DNA of 64,000 nt from an uncultured Methanolobus sp. (GTDB lineage Archaea; Halobacteriota; Methanosarcinia; Methanosarcinales; Methanosarcinaceae), in the NCBI GenBank assembly GCA_963675495.1, contig OY776215.1, positions 1,088,001 through 1,152,000 of the forward strand. Direction: 5' to 3'. The notes under the pieces were generated by a model. It searched no databases. It was not told the DNA's origin and saw only the letters and a list, made by a program, of their open reading frames with translations. This document shows positions 43,219 to 53,200 of the stretch, piece after piece (within the stretch, counting starts at the first letter, position 1; every line of letters starts with the position of its first letter). The translations under genes and the position numbers were made by a program.

Positions 43219-45618
43219 TTAATCACACCTTGTCCAACCACATGCGGAACAACTTCTACATCCATCAATGCGCCTTATCTCTTCACCACATTCAGGACAA
43301 ACACCCTTCAATGGTGTCTGTATTTTAATTGGTTCCTGGGCACTCCCTGGTTTTTTGATTGCTTTTTCGGGTTTACCGGCAACCGAATCATTGGTCAGTG
43401 ATCTGATATAATTAGCCACGATCGAAGGACAGGACTTACCATCAGTATCACGGCCTTTACATGCATCACACTGGATCTTGCTCCAATGATGCGTAAGGCT
43501 TTTGATATTTGCTCTTCCCTGCAATGCAAGTGATACAGTGATCGCAAGTGCAGCAGAATGAGCTTTACAACCACCGCCGACAGTGGTCATGAACAGCTCC
43601 CAAAGGATTGCATCATTACCATCACCTATTGGATTCTCGAAGGATTTGCAATATAATTCACCACATCCGGTTCTGAACTTTGTCCTTCTACCGTTTACAG
43701 TTTCCTTTGGATGTAAGTCGATCTCTGTATTGTAATCCAACCTGAAGAGATTCACCCTCTGAAGAAGTTCACACTTCTCTTCAGGAGATAAACCTTCCAT
43801 TGCAAAAGAGAGTGTATCAGGATTCATGATATCGATCTGAGTAGGAGCGATATCTTCTTCAATATCAGCTTCTTCAAAATCAGTATCTCCGCATATTTCA
43901 AGGAGCTTTACATCGTCCTCGTCTGACTCTTTTGCAGCAACTATCACCTGGTCGTCCCTGGAGCCATCACGATAGACTGTGAGACCCTTACAGCCGAGTT
44001 TCCAGGCCATCATATATAAGTCCCCAATTTGCTCAGATTTAGCATCATATGGGAGATTTATGGTCTTTGAGACGGCATTGTCAACATGCTTCTGGACCGT
44101 AGCTTGCATTTTCACATGATCCTCAGGTGAAATATCGAAAGCTGTGATGAAGTATTCCTTCACGTGGTCCGGAACTCCATCCAGATCTCGCATCTTCAGA
44201 GATGGAGTTGTCCTGAGTATTTCCATCAGTCCTTCAGAATAGAACCCTTCTTCCTTTGCCACCTTCTCAAAGAGTGGATGGACTTGAATGAATTCGCTAT
44301 CAACGATCTTCCTCTTATACACAAAATTGAAGTTAGGCTCAATTCCAAATGATACACCAGCAAACGTTGCAAGTGTACCTGTAGGTGCAATCGTTGTGAT
44401 CTGACAATTTCTTGGTGTCGTCTGTGATGGAAAGCTTTCTTGCTGGAACTCAGGGAAGGTACCGAATTCACGGCCAAGCATATTTGATGTAGCCCAGCCT
44501 GCATCATCAATGAACTGCATGACCTTTCCAACCATTTCACGACCTTCATCACTGTCATAAGGTAATTTCATGTACAACAGCATATCTGCAAGTCCCATGA
44601 CACCTAATCCAATTGGTCTGGTCTTGTGTGCCATATCATGGATCCCAGGTAATGGGAAATGGTTCACATCGATGACCTTATCAAGGAATGTGACTGCAAT
44701 TTCAGTGATCTTCTTGAGGCGGTCAAAGTCAATTACATAGCGTCCATCTTCCGTAGGCGTCAGCATATTGACCAGGTTTATTGAACCGAGATTACATACA
44801 CCGAATGGAATGAAATAGAACTCACCACACGGATTCGATGATTTGATCGCACCGAGATGAGGAACAGGATTAGTGGAATTTACCGCATCGATGAATATCA
44901 TTCCGGGTTCCCCGGATTCCCAGGCATTCTCGCATATGATATCAAATATCTCACGGGCATCCGTAAGAACCACTTCATTATTATGGGGATTAACCAGTTC
45001 AAAATCATTACCATTCTCAACAGCATCCATGAAAACGTCAGACACGGCAACGGATAAATTGAAATTTGTCATCGTCTTGTCATTCTTCTTACAAAGGATG
45101 AAGTCAAGAATATCCGGATGGTCCACACGAAGAGTACCCATATTTGCGCCACGTCTCATACCGCCCTGTTTGACCTCTTCTGTAGTTGCATTGATGATCT
45201 TCATCCAACTAAGAGGTCCGGATGCAACACCATTTGTTGAGGATACCGGGGAGCCTTTTGGTCTGGTTGAAGAGAAGTCAAAACCTGTCCCCCCACCGCT
45301 TTTATGAACAATAGCAGTGTTTTTAACGGTCTCCATTATTTCGATCATATCATCTTCAACAGGTAATATGAAACATGCAGAAAGCTGTTGCCTGTCACCT
45401 TCTTTACCTGCATTTGCCAATGTAGGGGAATTTGGCAAGAAATCAAGGTTGTACATTACATCAAAGAAGTCATCTGCTAATTCTTTGTCACCATTTGATA
45501 TTACAGATGCGACTCTTTCACATAGTCCACTCCAATCCTCACCCTCATGGTAATACCTTTTACCGAGGATATCTTCAGCAATGGGGCTAAGTGTTTTGTG
45601 TTCCGTTGTTATTCCCAT
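43219..45618 (-). CDS. nrdJ: Adenosylcobalamin-dependent (class II) ribonucleotide reductase with C-terminal TSCPD-like and Zn-ribbon region
   Basis: PNSPTL.NAG, LSACF, GGMRRGANM, NPCGE, CNLGSINL, TIAPTGT, VSKTIN, KGLTVYRDGSR, CPECG...CSACGW. Confidence 0.96.
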   Translation of the reverse strand: MGITTEHKTLSPIAEDILGKRYYHEGEDWSGLCERVASVISNGDKELADDFFDVMYNLDFLPNSPTLANAGKEGDRQQLSACFILPVEDDMIEIMETVKNTAIVHKSGGGTGFDFSSTRPKGSPVSSTNGVASGPLSWMKIINATTEEVKQGGMRRGANMGTLRVDHPDILDFILCKKNDKTMTNFNLSVAVSDVFMDAVENGNDFELVNPHNNEVVLTDAREIFDIICENAWESGEPGMIFIDAVNSTNPVPHLGAIKSSNPCGEFYFIPFGVCNLGSINLVNMLTPTEDGRYVIDFDRLKKITEIAVTFLDKVIDVNHFPLPGIHDMAHKTRPIGLGVMGLADMLLYMKLPYDSDEGREMVGKVMQFIDDAGWATSNMLGREFGTFPEFQQESFPSQTTPRNCQITTIAPTGTLATFAGVSFGIEPNFNFVYKRKIVDSEFIQVHPLFEKVAKEEGFYSEGLMEILRTTPSLKMRDLDGVPDHVKEYFITAFDISPEDHVKMQATVQKHVDNAVSKTINLPYDAKSEQIGDLYMMAWKLGCKGLTVYRDGSRDDQVIVAAKESDEDDVKLLEICGDTDFEEADIEEDIAPTQIDIMNPDTLSFAMEGLSPEEKCELLQRVNLFRLDYNTEIDLHPKETVNGRRTKFRTGCGELYCKSFENPIGDGNDAILWELFMTTVGGGCKAHSAALAITVSLALQGRANIKSLTHHWSKIQCDACKGRDTDGKSCPSIVANYIRSLTNDSVAGKPEKAIKKPGSAQEPIKIQTPLKGVCPECGEEIRRIDGCRSCSACGWTRCD

Positions 45619-46185
45619 AGTTTCACCTTATATTATTAAACGAAAAAGTTCATCATTTGTACTTTAACAATCACTCTTCAGCTTTGTAGATATCCTTAAT
45701 ATTCAGACTCAAATGTAAACTCACAATTATGCTAAAAGTACCATATGTTGGATAGAGTTACCAGTTTCAGCATTATAGGTACTTGTTTGAATAGGTTTTC
45801 TACGTAGCATTAAATATAAGTCACCATTCAAATGATGGCAGACCTATAATTTCTATTTCTATCCTTCAATCCCTGCTTTTTTGCCACGTTTCCAATTGAA
45901 CATTTCCTTTGATCATTCACTACCCTAAATTGAACTGGACAGGAAATTTCTTCATCTGGTTTCATGGGTTTTTATCATTGGACTATTCACACCACTTCAA
46001 GTACCTGTCGACTAACTTGTTCAATGAAAGTGTAAACATTTAACCTAACGTTGTTAATTTCATTTAGCTCACACTTGATCATTACTCGAAAAAAGTTAAA
46101 CGGACAAAGTAAGAGAACATGAGGATTGTGGAGAATTTATTATCTATTTAAGATTGCAAAAAATTGAATTATCAAATGTAATGTT

Positions 46186-46557
46186 TTATTCCTCCTGCCC
46201 AAGCGTACACTGTCTTCCCAGATATTCACTACCCCAGTCACAAAGTGCTTCAAGTATAGGAGTAACGGTCTTACCAAATTCTGTTAAAGAATATTCGACC
46301 TTCGGAGGAATCTCCGGATACATCCTCCGGTTTACAAGGCCATCCTCTTCGAGCTCCCTTAGCTGTTTTGTCAGCATTCTTGGAGAAACACCATGGAGGT
46401 TCTGCTGTAGTTTATTATAGCGTATGATCTCAAGTTCTTTTAGTTGCCAGAGGATCAAAGGTTTCCATTTTCCTCCGATAACATCAAGTGTCGCTTCCAC
46501 AGGGCAATGATATTCTTTGTTATTCCTTATGTTGATCAGTTTTTCGTCGTTTCCCAT
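46186..46557 (-). CDS. HxlR-family transcriptional regulator
   Basis: CPVEATLDVIGGKWKPLILWQL, LTKQLRELEEDGLV, PPKVEYSLT. Confidence 0.95.
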   Translation of the reverse strand: MGNDEKLINIRNNKEYHCPVEATLDVIGGKWKPLILWQLKELEIIRYNKLQQNLHGVSPRMLTKQLRELEEDGLVNRRMYPEIPPKVEYSLTEFGKTVTPILEALCDWGSEYLGRQCTLGQEE

Positions 46558-46695
46558 AATCTCACTCGAGTATACTTTTTGTTAGTGACTATATATTAAG
46601 TCTGTATAAATCATATGTGCATTAAGTGTATCTTGATATTATATAAGGCAATTCATTGAATTTATATGATTTAAAGCCAGGAAGATATTAACATG
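46555..46695. promoter_or_regulatory. Copy B (inverted) of duplicated divergent hxlR/isf promoter with putative operator (46569-46592)
   Basis: Aligns over about 140 bp with the reverse complement of 42945-43083. Confidence 0.8.
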
Positions 46696-46898
46696 AATTC
46701 ACAATAACTCCCTCCTTTTGTGGATTAAAATCCGGGACTCGGTATCTTCAATTAAGCGCTGACAACTTTCAATAGAACAGGATGCTTAGTTGTTGTTAAT
46801 TATAGTTTATACGGCAACACTTTGGATTAAAAACCTGCAATCTAGATCACTGGTTTCTCACTGTAAACAATATCCTTAAATACCTGTTTTTGCTTTAT

Positions 46899-46929
46899 TG
46901 TTGTTGTGACAACAGTTGTCTCTACAACT
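46899..46929. promoter_or_regulatory. Two overlapping 16-bp palindromic boxes, putative MarR1 operator
   Basis: TGTTGTTGTGACAACA and AGTTGTCTCTACAACT between a TATA-like CTTAAATA and the SD. Confidence 0.75.
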
Positions 46930-46951
46930 GTAAGATATAAAGGTGCAACAT

Positions 46952-47422
46952 ATGAAAGATATACCCCTCGGAGCATTCATTGCAATAACCTATCGAAGTA
47001 ATTTTGTAAAAATAAACAACAAAATGAAAGAACTCGGTCTTTCTGCAGGTCAATTTTTCGTACTTCATGTCCTTTCTCATGAACAGGGTTTAACTCAGGA
47101 TGCACTTGCATGGAATCTTCTCATTGATAAAGGAAGCATTGCCAGGGCAGTCAACGTCCTTGAAGAAAAAGGCTATGTCAAACGTATCACAGATGAGAAT
47201 AATCGCCGTGCTGTACGTCTTTATTTCACAGATCAAGGAAAAGAGCTCATCCCTAAAATTCTCATAATTGACCGGGAACTGGAAGAAGGTACATTGTCAC
47301 TACTCACAGAAGAAGAGAAGGCGCAGGCAAGGGTACTACTCTGCAAAATGGCACAGGGTAGCTATGAATCTGCCTATGAGAATGATGAGAAACGGAAGGA
47401 ATTCCCACTGAAAAAGCAGTAA
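46952..47422 (+). CDS. MarR-family regulator 1
   Basis: GLSAGQF, LTQDAL...DKGSIARAV..LEEKGYV.R..DENNRRA; AGGTG SD then ATG 46952. Confidence 0.95.
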   Translation: MKDIPLGAFIAITYRSNFVKINNKMKELGLSAGQFFVLHVLSHEQGLTQDALAWNLLIDKGSIARAVNVLEEKGYVKRITDENNRRAVRLYFTDQGKELIPKILIIDRELEEGTLSLLTEEEKAQARVLLCKMAQGSYESAYENDEKRKEFPLKKQ

Positions 47423-47469
47423 CAAAAAAGTAGAAATAAAGTTCAGATTAAAGATAGGAGATTTAATAC

Positions 47470-48735
47470 ATGAAAAATCAGGCTACAAACAACCCTATTT
47501 CAGGCAATGGATTAGCATTACCTATCCTGCTGGCTGCTTCTATGATCACTCTTATGGGAGGGGCAGCAGTTGCACCTGCACTTCCGAAGATGGCTCAATA
47601 TTTCAGCAATATAGAGAATGCTGAATACCTCCTGGCATTTATGATAACCCTGCCCTCTCTTGCAATCGCTTTGAGTTCTCCATTCATGGGAATTATTGCA
47701 GATAAATACGGAAAAAAGAAATTACTCATATTTTCCCTTCTGCTTTTCAGTCTCTCAGGGGTTACCGGAGCTTATTTTGAATCACTTGAATCTATTCTTG
47801 TGGGACGGTTTGTTCTTGGGATAGCGATCGCAGGAATAATGATCTGTGCAACCGCATTGATCACTGATTATTATGCCGATCCTGCTAAAAGACAGAAGAT
47901 TTATGGAATGCAAGCTGCAGCCATGGGTTTTGGTGGTTTGATACTAGAAACCGGAGGTGGAGGACTTGCTGAATTTAGCTGGCGTTATCCATTCTTTATC
48001 TATTTGATCGCTTTGCCGATAATGTTCGGTGCATTTTCCTTACTGGAACCTGCAAAACATCAAACACAGCTAAATAAAAATGAAACCACAAACACAAAAA
48101 GTGAATTGAAGATAGGAGCTATAGCCTTTGTCTATCTTTTAATGTTCATTACAATAACACTTATGTTTACCGTACCTTCAAAAGGACCATTCCTCTTTTT
48201 TGAAAGTGGTATTACTTCCAGTCTCATAACAGGTGTTCTTCTCGGTCTCATGGGAATGGCCAGTATGGGAGCTGCTCTTTGTCAGGTTAAAATATCAAAA
48301 TATCTGGATGAACTGATGCGCTGTGCTTTAGGTATTGGGTCTACAGGCCTTGGTTTATTCTTAATGGCAAATGGCAGTATGGCCACTATTGTTGCAGGCG
48401 TTGTCTTTGTCGGAATAGGAATGGGCGTTAGCCAACCTACTTTGACCCATTGGATCGGTCTGCTTTCACCTCAGCACCTGCGTGGAAGGATCTTTGGTGG
48501 ACTTACTTCAATAATATTCATCGCTCAATTCGTATCTCCAATACTCATGCAACCTTTACTTGAAAACGGTCTGTCACTTGCCAGCGCGTTTAAATATCTT
48601 GGCATAGCAGGACTTGCTATTGGAGTTATTGTAGTTGCAGGAAGGATAGTAATAGGACAGAGCAAAAATATTACTATGGGATTGGATACAAGTGTTGCCC
48701 ATTTAGAAAATGCGGTTTACGATGAGGATGACTAA
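47470..48735 (+). CDS. MFS transporter (efflux type)
   Basis: GIIADKYGKK motif A, GRFVLG, twelve TM segments. Confidence 0.95.
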   Translation: MKNQATNNPISGNGLALPILLAASMITLMGGAAVAPALPKMAQYFSNIENAEYLLAFMITLPSLAIALSSPFMGIIADKYGKKKLLIFSLLLFSLSGVTGAYFESLESILVGRFVLGIAIAGIMICATALITDYYADPAKRQKIYGMQAAAMGFGGLILETGGGGLAEFSWRYPFFIYLIALPIMFGAFSLLEPAKHQTQLNKNETTNTKSELKIGAIAFVYLLMFITITLMFTVPSKGPFLFFESGITSSLITGVLLGLMGMASMGAALCQVKISKYLDELMRCALGIGSTGLGLFLMANGSMATIVAGVVFVGIGMGVSQPTLTHWIGLLSPQHLRGRIFGGLTSIIFIAQFVSPILMQPLLENGLSLASAFKYLGIAGLAIGVIVVAGRIVIGQSKNITMGLDTSVAHLENAVYDEDD

Positions 48736-48899
48736 TCCTCATTTTACTTTCCCATCTCCGTCTCTTATTTTTTCAATATTGTAATACGTTCTAGTATAAT
48801 TACACTTAAGCTCAGGCACCTTATTTTTATTGCTTCCTTTTTGTAACAAATCCACGATTTCTTATTCCCATCAATATATTTAAATACCAGATCGCATAT

Positions 48900-48930
48900 T
48901 GTTGACAAATCAACAGTTGACATGTCAACT
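48900..48930. promoter_or_regulatory. Two overlapping 16-bp palindromic boxes, putative MarR2 operator
   Basis: TGTTGACAAATCAACA and perfect palindrome AGTTGACATGTCAACT after TTTAAATA. Confidence 0.78.
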
Positions 48931-48948
48931 AATTGTATGGAGAATAAA

Positions 48949-49476
48949 ATGGACGATATACCCATCGGAGCATTAATTTCAATGACCTATCGCAGTAACT
49001 ACGTGCGAGTAAACAACAAAATGAAAGAACTTGGGCTTGCTGGTGGTCAGTTCTCTGTGCTCATGGTGCTTTCACACAATCAAGGCGTTACACAGGACAC
49101 ACTTTCCTGGATGCTTCTCTTAGATAAAGGAAGTATTGCCCGTACAGTCAGGGTCCTTGAAGAGAAGGGATTTATTAAGCGCATTCCCGATGAAAATGAC
49201 CGTCGTGCTGTCCAGATTTATCTCACGGAAAAAGGAGAGCAGATCATCCCGGAAATTCTCAAAATTGACAGGGAACTGGAAGAAACTACTTTTTCAGGCT
49301 TCACAAATGAAGAAAAATCACAGGCAAAAGCACATTTTCTCAGAATAGCACAGAACAGTTACGAAGCTGCTTATGATAAAAATGACAAGAAATGGAAGGA
49401 ATGCCCACTGAAAAGCTGCGACAAAGTATCAAATGTAGTATTGAAGGGAACTGAAAAAGAACTGGAAGAGGATTGA
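48949..49476 (+). CDS. MarR-family regulator 2 (paralog of regulator 1)
   Basis: Colinear similarity with 46952-47422; GGAG SD then ATG 48949. Confidence 0.95.
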   Translation: MDDIPIGALISMTYRSNYVRVNNKMKELGLAGGQFSVLMVLSHNQGVTQDTLSWMLLLDKGSIARTVRVLEEKGFIKRIPDENDRRAVQIYLTEKGEQIIPEILKIDRELEETTFSGFTNEEKSQAKAHFLRIAQNSYEAAYDKNDKKWKECPLKSCDKVSNVVLKGTEKELEED

Positions 49477-49481
49477 TAATC

Positions 49482-50867
49482 ATGGATAATAAAAACATGG
49501 ATCTTGGGAATGATAAGATCTCAACTATTTTCTGGAAATATGCCATTCCCTCAATAGCTTCAATGCTGATCATGGCAGCTTATTTTGTGGCTGATGGTAT
49601 CATTGTTGCCAGAGGAGTTGGCAGTACCGCCCTGGCTGCTGTAAACCTGTCCATACCACTGATGATGGGAACAAACGCAGTTATCCTGGCACTTTCCCTG
49701 GGTGCATCAATAATTATTTCTATCCTGCTGGCCCAGAAGAAATACAAAGATGCCAGCAACGTTTTTTCAGTGGTATTTGTCACAACCACTGTAATCGCAA
49801 TTATATTTTCAGCAACTGGTCTTTATTTCCTTGATGAACTATCCTATGCAATAGGAGCCACTGAAGAGATCCACGGAATGGTGCAGACATACCTTTCAGT
49901 TATCCTGTATTTCATTATCTTCTTCTGCTTGCAGATCACACTATCAAATGCTATAAGGAACGATGGGAACCCGAACCTTGCACTGCTCAGTACCCTTGGT
50001 GGAAGTTTACTGAACATACCTCTTGATGCTTTCTTTGTCTTCGTGCTTCACTGGGGACTCTTCGGAGCAGCAATAGCAACCGGGATGTCACAACTTATAG
50101 GTGCAGCAGTCCTGTTCACTCACTTCCTTCGAAAACAGGGACATCTGCGTTTTGTAGTGCCTCATTTCGATCTGCGGATCATGAAAAGGATAGTACACAA
50201 TGCTTTTCCACTATTCATTGAAACCATTTCAATATCAATCTTCTTTACCACTATGAACATCCTGGCTGCTAAATACTACGGAACTACCGGAGTAGCTGCT
50301 TTTGCAATAGTAGGCGCTGTTTCAATGATATCAGCAATGTTCTTTGTCGGGATAGCACAAACAAATCAGCCTTTGATAAGTTATAATTACGGTCATGGAA
50401 AACATAGCAGAATACATGATATTGTAAAATATTCACTGAAAACAACAACTGTACTCAGTATTGCAGCAGTCACCATAGTTGCAATATTCAGCGAACAGCT
50501 GGTTGGCCTGTATGTAAATGTATCTGCAGAACCCGAGCTTGTTTCATTGACAAGCCTCGCACTCAGGATCTATGCTGTCGGTTACATATTTACAGCAATA
50601 AACATGGCACTGGTAAAATATTTCCAATCCACAGAAGACCGCAGATCATCTTTACTAATAACATCCCTGAGATCTTTTGTTCTTCTTATCCCTGCTGCAT
50701 TGATAGTTCCAAAAATATTTGGAGGAATAGGAATCTGGATGGTGATACCCTCTGTGGAATTATTCATTGCCGTTCTATCCGGTTTTATTTACTGGAGATC
50801 ATTTTCTGCAAAAAATATGGAGGTTATCAAAACCCCACATTACGATCTTGATGAATCAAGAAAGTAG
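49482..50867 (+). CDS. MATE family efflux transporter
   Basis: ADGIIVARGVG..ALAAVN, IRNDGNP, NIPLD, GAAIAT, QPLISYNYG. Confidence 0.95.
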   Translation: MDNKNMDLGNDKISTIFWKYAIPSIASMLIMAAYFVADGIIVARGVGSTALAAVNLSIPLMMGTNAVILALSLGASIIISILLAQKKYKDASNVFSVVFVTTTVIAIIFSATGLYFLDELSYAIGATEEIHGMVQTYLSVILYFIIFFCLQITLSNAIRNDGNPNLALLSTLGGSLLNIPLDAFFVFVLHWGLFGAAIATGMSQLIGAAVLFTHFLRKQGHLRFVVPHFDLRIMKRIVHNAFPLFIETISISIFFTTMNILAAKYYGTTGVAAFAIVGAVSMISAMFFVGIAQTNQPLISYNYGHGKHSRIHDIVKYSLKTTTVLSIAAVTIVAIFSEQLVGLYVNVSAEPELVSLTSLALRIYAVGYIFTAINMALVKYFQSTEDRRSSLLITSLRSFVLLIPAALIVPKIFGGIGIWMVIPSVELFIAVLSGFIYWRSFSAKNMEVIKTPHYDLDESRK

Positions 50868-51044
50868 AGAAAAAATGAAATTAATTTTTTGGTACACAAT
50901 CTTGATGAATATATCAGGATTGTGCAATTCATTTTATTAATTGATTCTACTAAGCTAGAATCTAATATAAATTATGAAATAGGAATTGTAGATGTTTTCT
51001 ACTAAGAAATATAATAATGTGAGATAAGTGTTGAACTCGCAACA

Positions 51045-51380
51045 TCAGGAATCATGCCATTTCTTACTCCATTCTGCCATTGAACGCAAAACACCTGCCA
51101 AGTCACTACCTTTTTCCGTAAGATGATATTCAACCTTGACTGGTGTTGTAGATACAACTTTTTTCTCGATTACTTCGTAAGTGACCAGATCTTTGAGTTT
51201 AGATGAGAGAGTTTTTGAGCTTATAGGCTTCAGGGAATTTAGCAGAGCGTTGAACCTCATTGGCCCACCTGACAAGTAAAACTCCCTTATCAATAGTATG
51301 CCCCACTTGCTCCCTATCAATGTAACTGTTTTTTCAATGGGACATGGTATATCCCTTAAATCTTCTGGATATTGAAACAT
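51045..51380 (-). CDS. HxlR-family regulator 2
   Basis: CPIEKTVTLIGSKW, ISSKTLSSKLKDL, PVKVEYHLTEKG. Confidence 0.93.
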   Translation of the reverse strand: MFQYPEDLRDIPCPIEKTVTLIGSKWGILLIREFYLSGGPMRFNALLNSLKPISSKTLSSKLKDLVTYEVIEKKVVSTTPVKVEYHLTEKGSDLAGVLRSMAEWSKKWHDS

Positions 51381-51478
51381 TTCAGATTACCTCCAGGTAA
51401 CTTGATTTCTGCAGTGAAAGTTTTGGGTTATATAGTTTACTTTCATTACTAGATTTACTTAATAAAGTGGTGAAACCA

Positions 51479-52405
51479 ATGAGAAACAGAGTTATAATGA
51501 TATTAGTATTTTGTGCAATTTTGCTGTCAGGTTGTGTTGACAATCCTAATCAGGAAAATGCTGCTGAATCGCTTGAAGCAAGAAACGAAGAAATACAAAT
51601 TGATGATGTAAACAAGATAACTGAAACAGAAGAGTATACCGGAGCTATCTACGTCAATGAGGTCAATGGAGCAACTATCCATACATACGTGAGTTACACC
51701 GGAGATGCATCAAACCTGATCGAAACCAACGATGCTTTGATCCTTTTAGATGCGCAGTCAACCCATTCATCTTCAGTAGAACTTACAAATTACATCGGAA
51801 CACTGAATAAGCCTCTGAAACAGGTTTTAGTTCCCTCACATGGACTGGGACTTGCATACTATGAAGGAACACCCGCAAGCGCAAGTGAGCAAATGAACTC
51901 TTTCATGGAGAGCGGTGGAGCAGAGGTTTTTGTAGACATATTCAAAGGTGTATTTGGAGAAGATCTGGATGACCGAATAGTTCTCATTAATTCCACCCTG
52001 AAAGAAGGCGAGAACACGATCGAAGGAGTTAAATTCACTATGAATACCCACGAGAATGATTTCCCTCCTGTAAGTGATCTTGAGTTTACGCAATACAATG
52101 TACTCTTCACCCACCTCACTGCAGATGATACACATATGCTGGTTAATAGCAGAGATCAAATCAATGAGCTGAAGGATTACTGGACAAATGCACAAAGCAA
52201 GAATTATGAACTCATTCTCTCATCCCACCTGATGCCTGTGGATGCCAGAGCAATAGAATTCCAGCTTCAATATCTGGACGTTCTGGAAAATGCTTCACAA
52301 AGTGCGAGTCAGGAAGAGTTCATGGAAGCAATGCAAACTGCTTACCCTGATGCAGGGATGCAGCAATTCCTTGGAATGACTGCCAATAATTTCTACGCTC
52401 AGTAA
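51479..52405 (+). CDS. Lipoprotein with degenerate metallo-beta-lactamase-like fold
   Basis: Lipobox LLSGC; SNLIET....LLDAQ, KPL..VLVPSH and LILSSH resemble MBL strands lacking the full HxHxDH. Confidence 0.65.
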   Translation: MRNRVIMILVFCAILLSGCVDNPNQENAAESLEARNEEIQIDDVNKITETEEYTGAIYVNEVNGATIHTYVSYTGDASNLIETNDALILLDAQSTHSSSVELTNYIGTLNKPLKQVLVPSHGLGLAYYEGTPASASEQMNSFMESGGAEVFVDIFKGVFGEDLDDRIVLINSTLKEGENTIEGVKFTMNTHENDFPPVSDLEFTQYNVLFTHLTADDTHMLVNSRDQINELKDYWTNAQSKNYELILSSHLMPVDARAIEFQLQYLDVLENASQSASQEEFMEAMQTAYPDAGMQQFLGMTANNFYAQ

Positions 52406-52462
52406 GGAATATATATCAAGTATCAAAGATAAGTTTTCATGAAGAACTTATCCTATTCAATT

Positions 52463-52635
52463 TTAACAATAAATATTATGATGTGATGAAATGGAAGATC
52501 CACTGGAATTTTTGAGAAATATTAAATCCGTATCTATTGCAACTGTTAACAATAAATATTATGATGTGATGAAATGGAAGATCCACTGGAATTTTTGAGA
52601 AATATTAAATCCGTATCTATTGCAACTGTTAACAA
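52463..52635 (+). repeat. Exact 83-bp tandem duplication of a gene start
   Basis: 52463-52545 equals 52546-52628, bounded by TTAACAA microhomology. Confidence 0.95.
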
Positions 52636-53173
52636 CAACGTACCGGAAGTTCGGATAGTTGATGTAATGCTGCATGAGGATGATAAGTTATACTTTTTGA
52701 CGGCAAGGGGAAAACCATACTACAAGCAATTAAAAGCTAATCCCGAAATATCCATTGTCGTCATGGATGAGAATTATATCACTGTAAGAGTTAAGGGGAA
52801 AATAGAGTTTGTTGATAGAAGTTTCCTAGATAAGATGTTTGATGCGAATCCGGTTATGAATCACATATATCCGAGAGATACAAGGGAAATTCTGGAAGCA
52901 TTTTGCCTCCCAAAAGGTGTCGGTGAGGTTTTTGACCTCTCTACAAATACCCCAACGCGTGAAAGATTCGCATTTGGAGGAGAAACTCCGATCGAGCCGG
53001 GATACAGAGTCAATGACAATTGTATTGCCTGTGGCATGTGCAAGGATTCGTGTCCCACCGGAGCTATGACTGAAGGTGATGTTTACAGCATAGATAGTGC
53101 ACTTTGTCTTGAATGTGGCAATTGCTATGAAAAATGTCCTAACGATGCAATCGAAGAACCCCTTGAATTTTAA
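52574..53173 (+). CDS. Pyridoxamine 5'-phosphate oxidase-like domain fused to 2x[4Fe-4S] ferredoxin
   Basis: ATV...PEVR, LYFLTARGKPYYKQL..NP; CIACGMCKDSCP and CLECGNCYEKCP. Confidence 0.92.
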   Translation: MEDPLEFLRNIKSVSIATVNNNVPEVRIVDVMLHEDDKLYFLTARGKPYYKQLKANPEISIVVMDENYITVRVKGKIEFVDRSFLDKMFDANPVMNHIYPRDTREILEAFCLPKGVGEVFDLSTNTPTRERFAFGGETPIEPGYRVNDNCIACGMCKDSCPTGAMTEGDVYSIDSALCLECGNCYEKCPNDAIEEPLEF

Positions 53174-53200
53174 ATTTCAGACCGGAAAGGAGTGGGGATA

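Noticed and set aside
43219-45618. Intein or intron in nrdJ
   Set aside because: Catalytic motifs are at normal spacing with no splice-junction or LAGLIDADG motifs
45738-45752. NrdR-box-like CCATATGTTG upstream of nrdJ, or a cobalamin riboswitch
   Set aside because: Single degenerate match in AT-rich DNA; no B12-box or riboswitch stems visible
45828-45965. 45-codon minus-strand ORF (MKPDEEISCPVQFRVVNDQ...) as an AbrB-like gene relic
   Set aside because: Resemblance is too weak to support without a search
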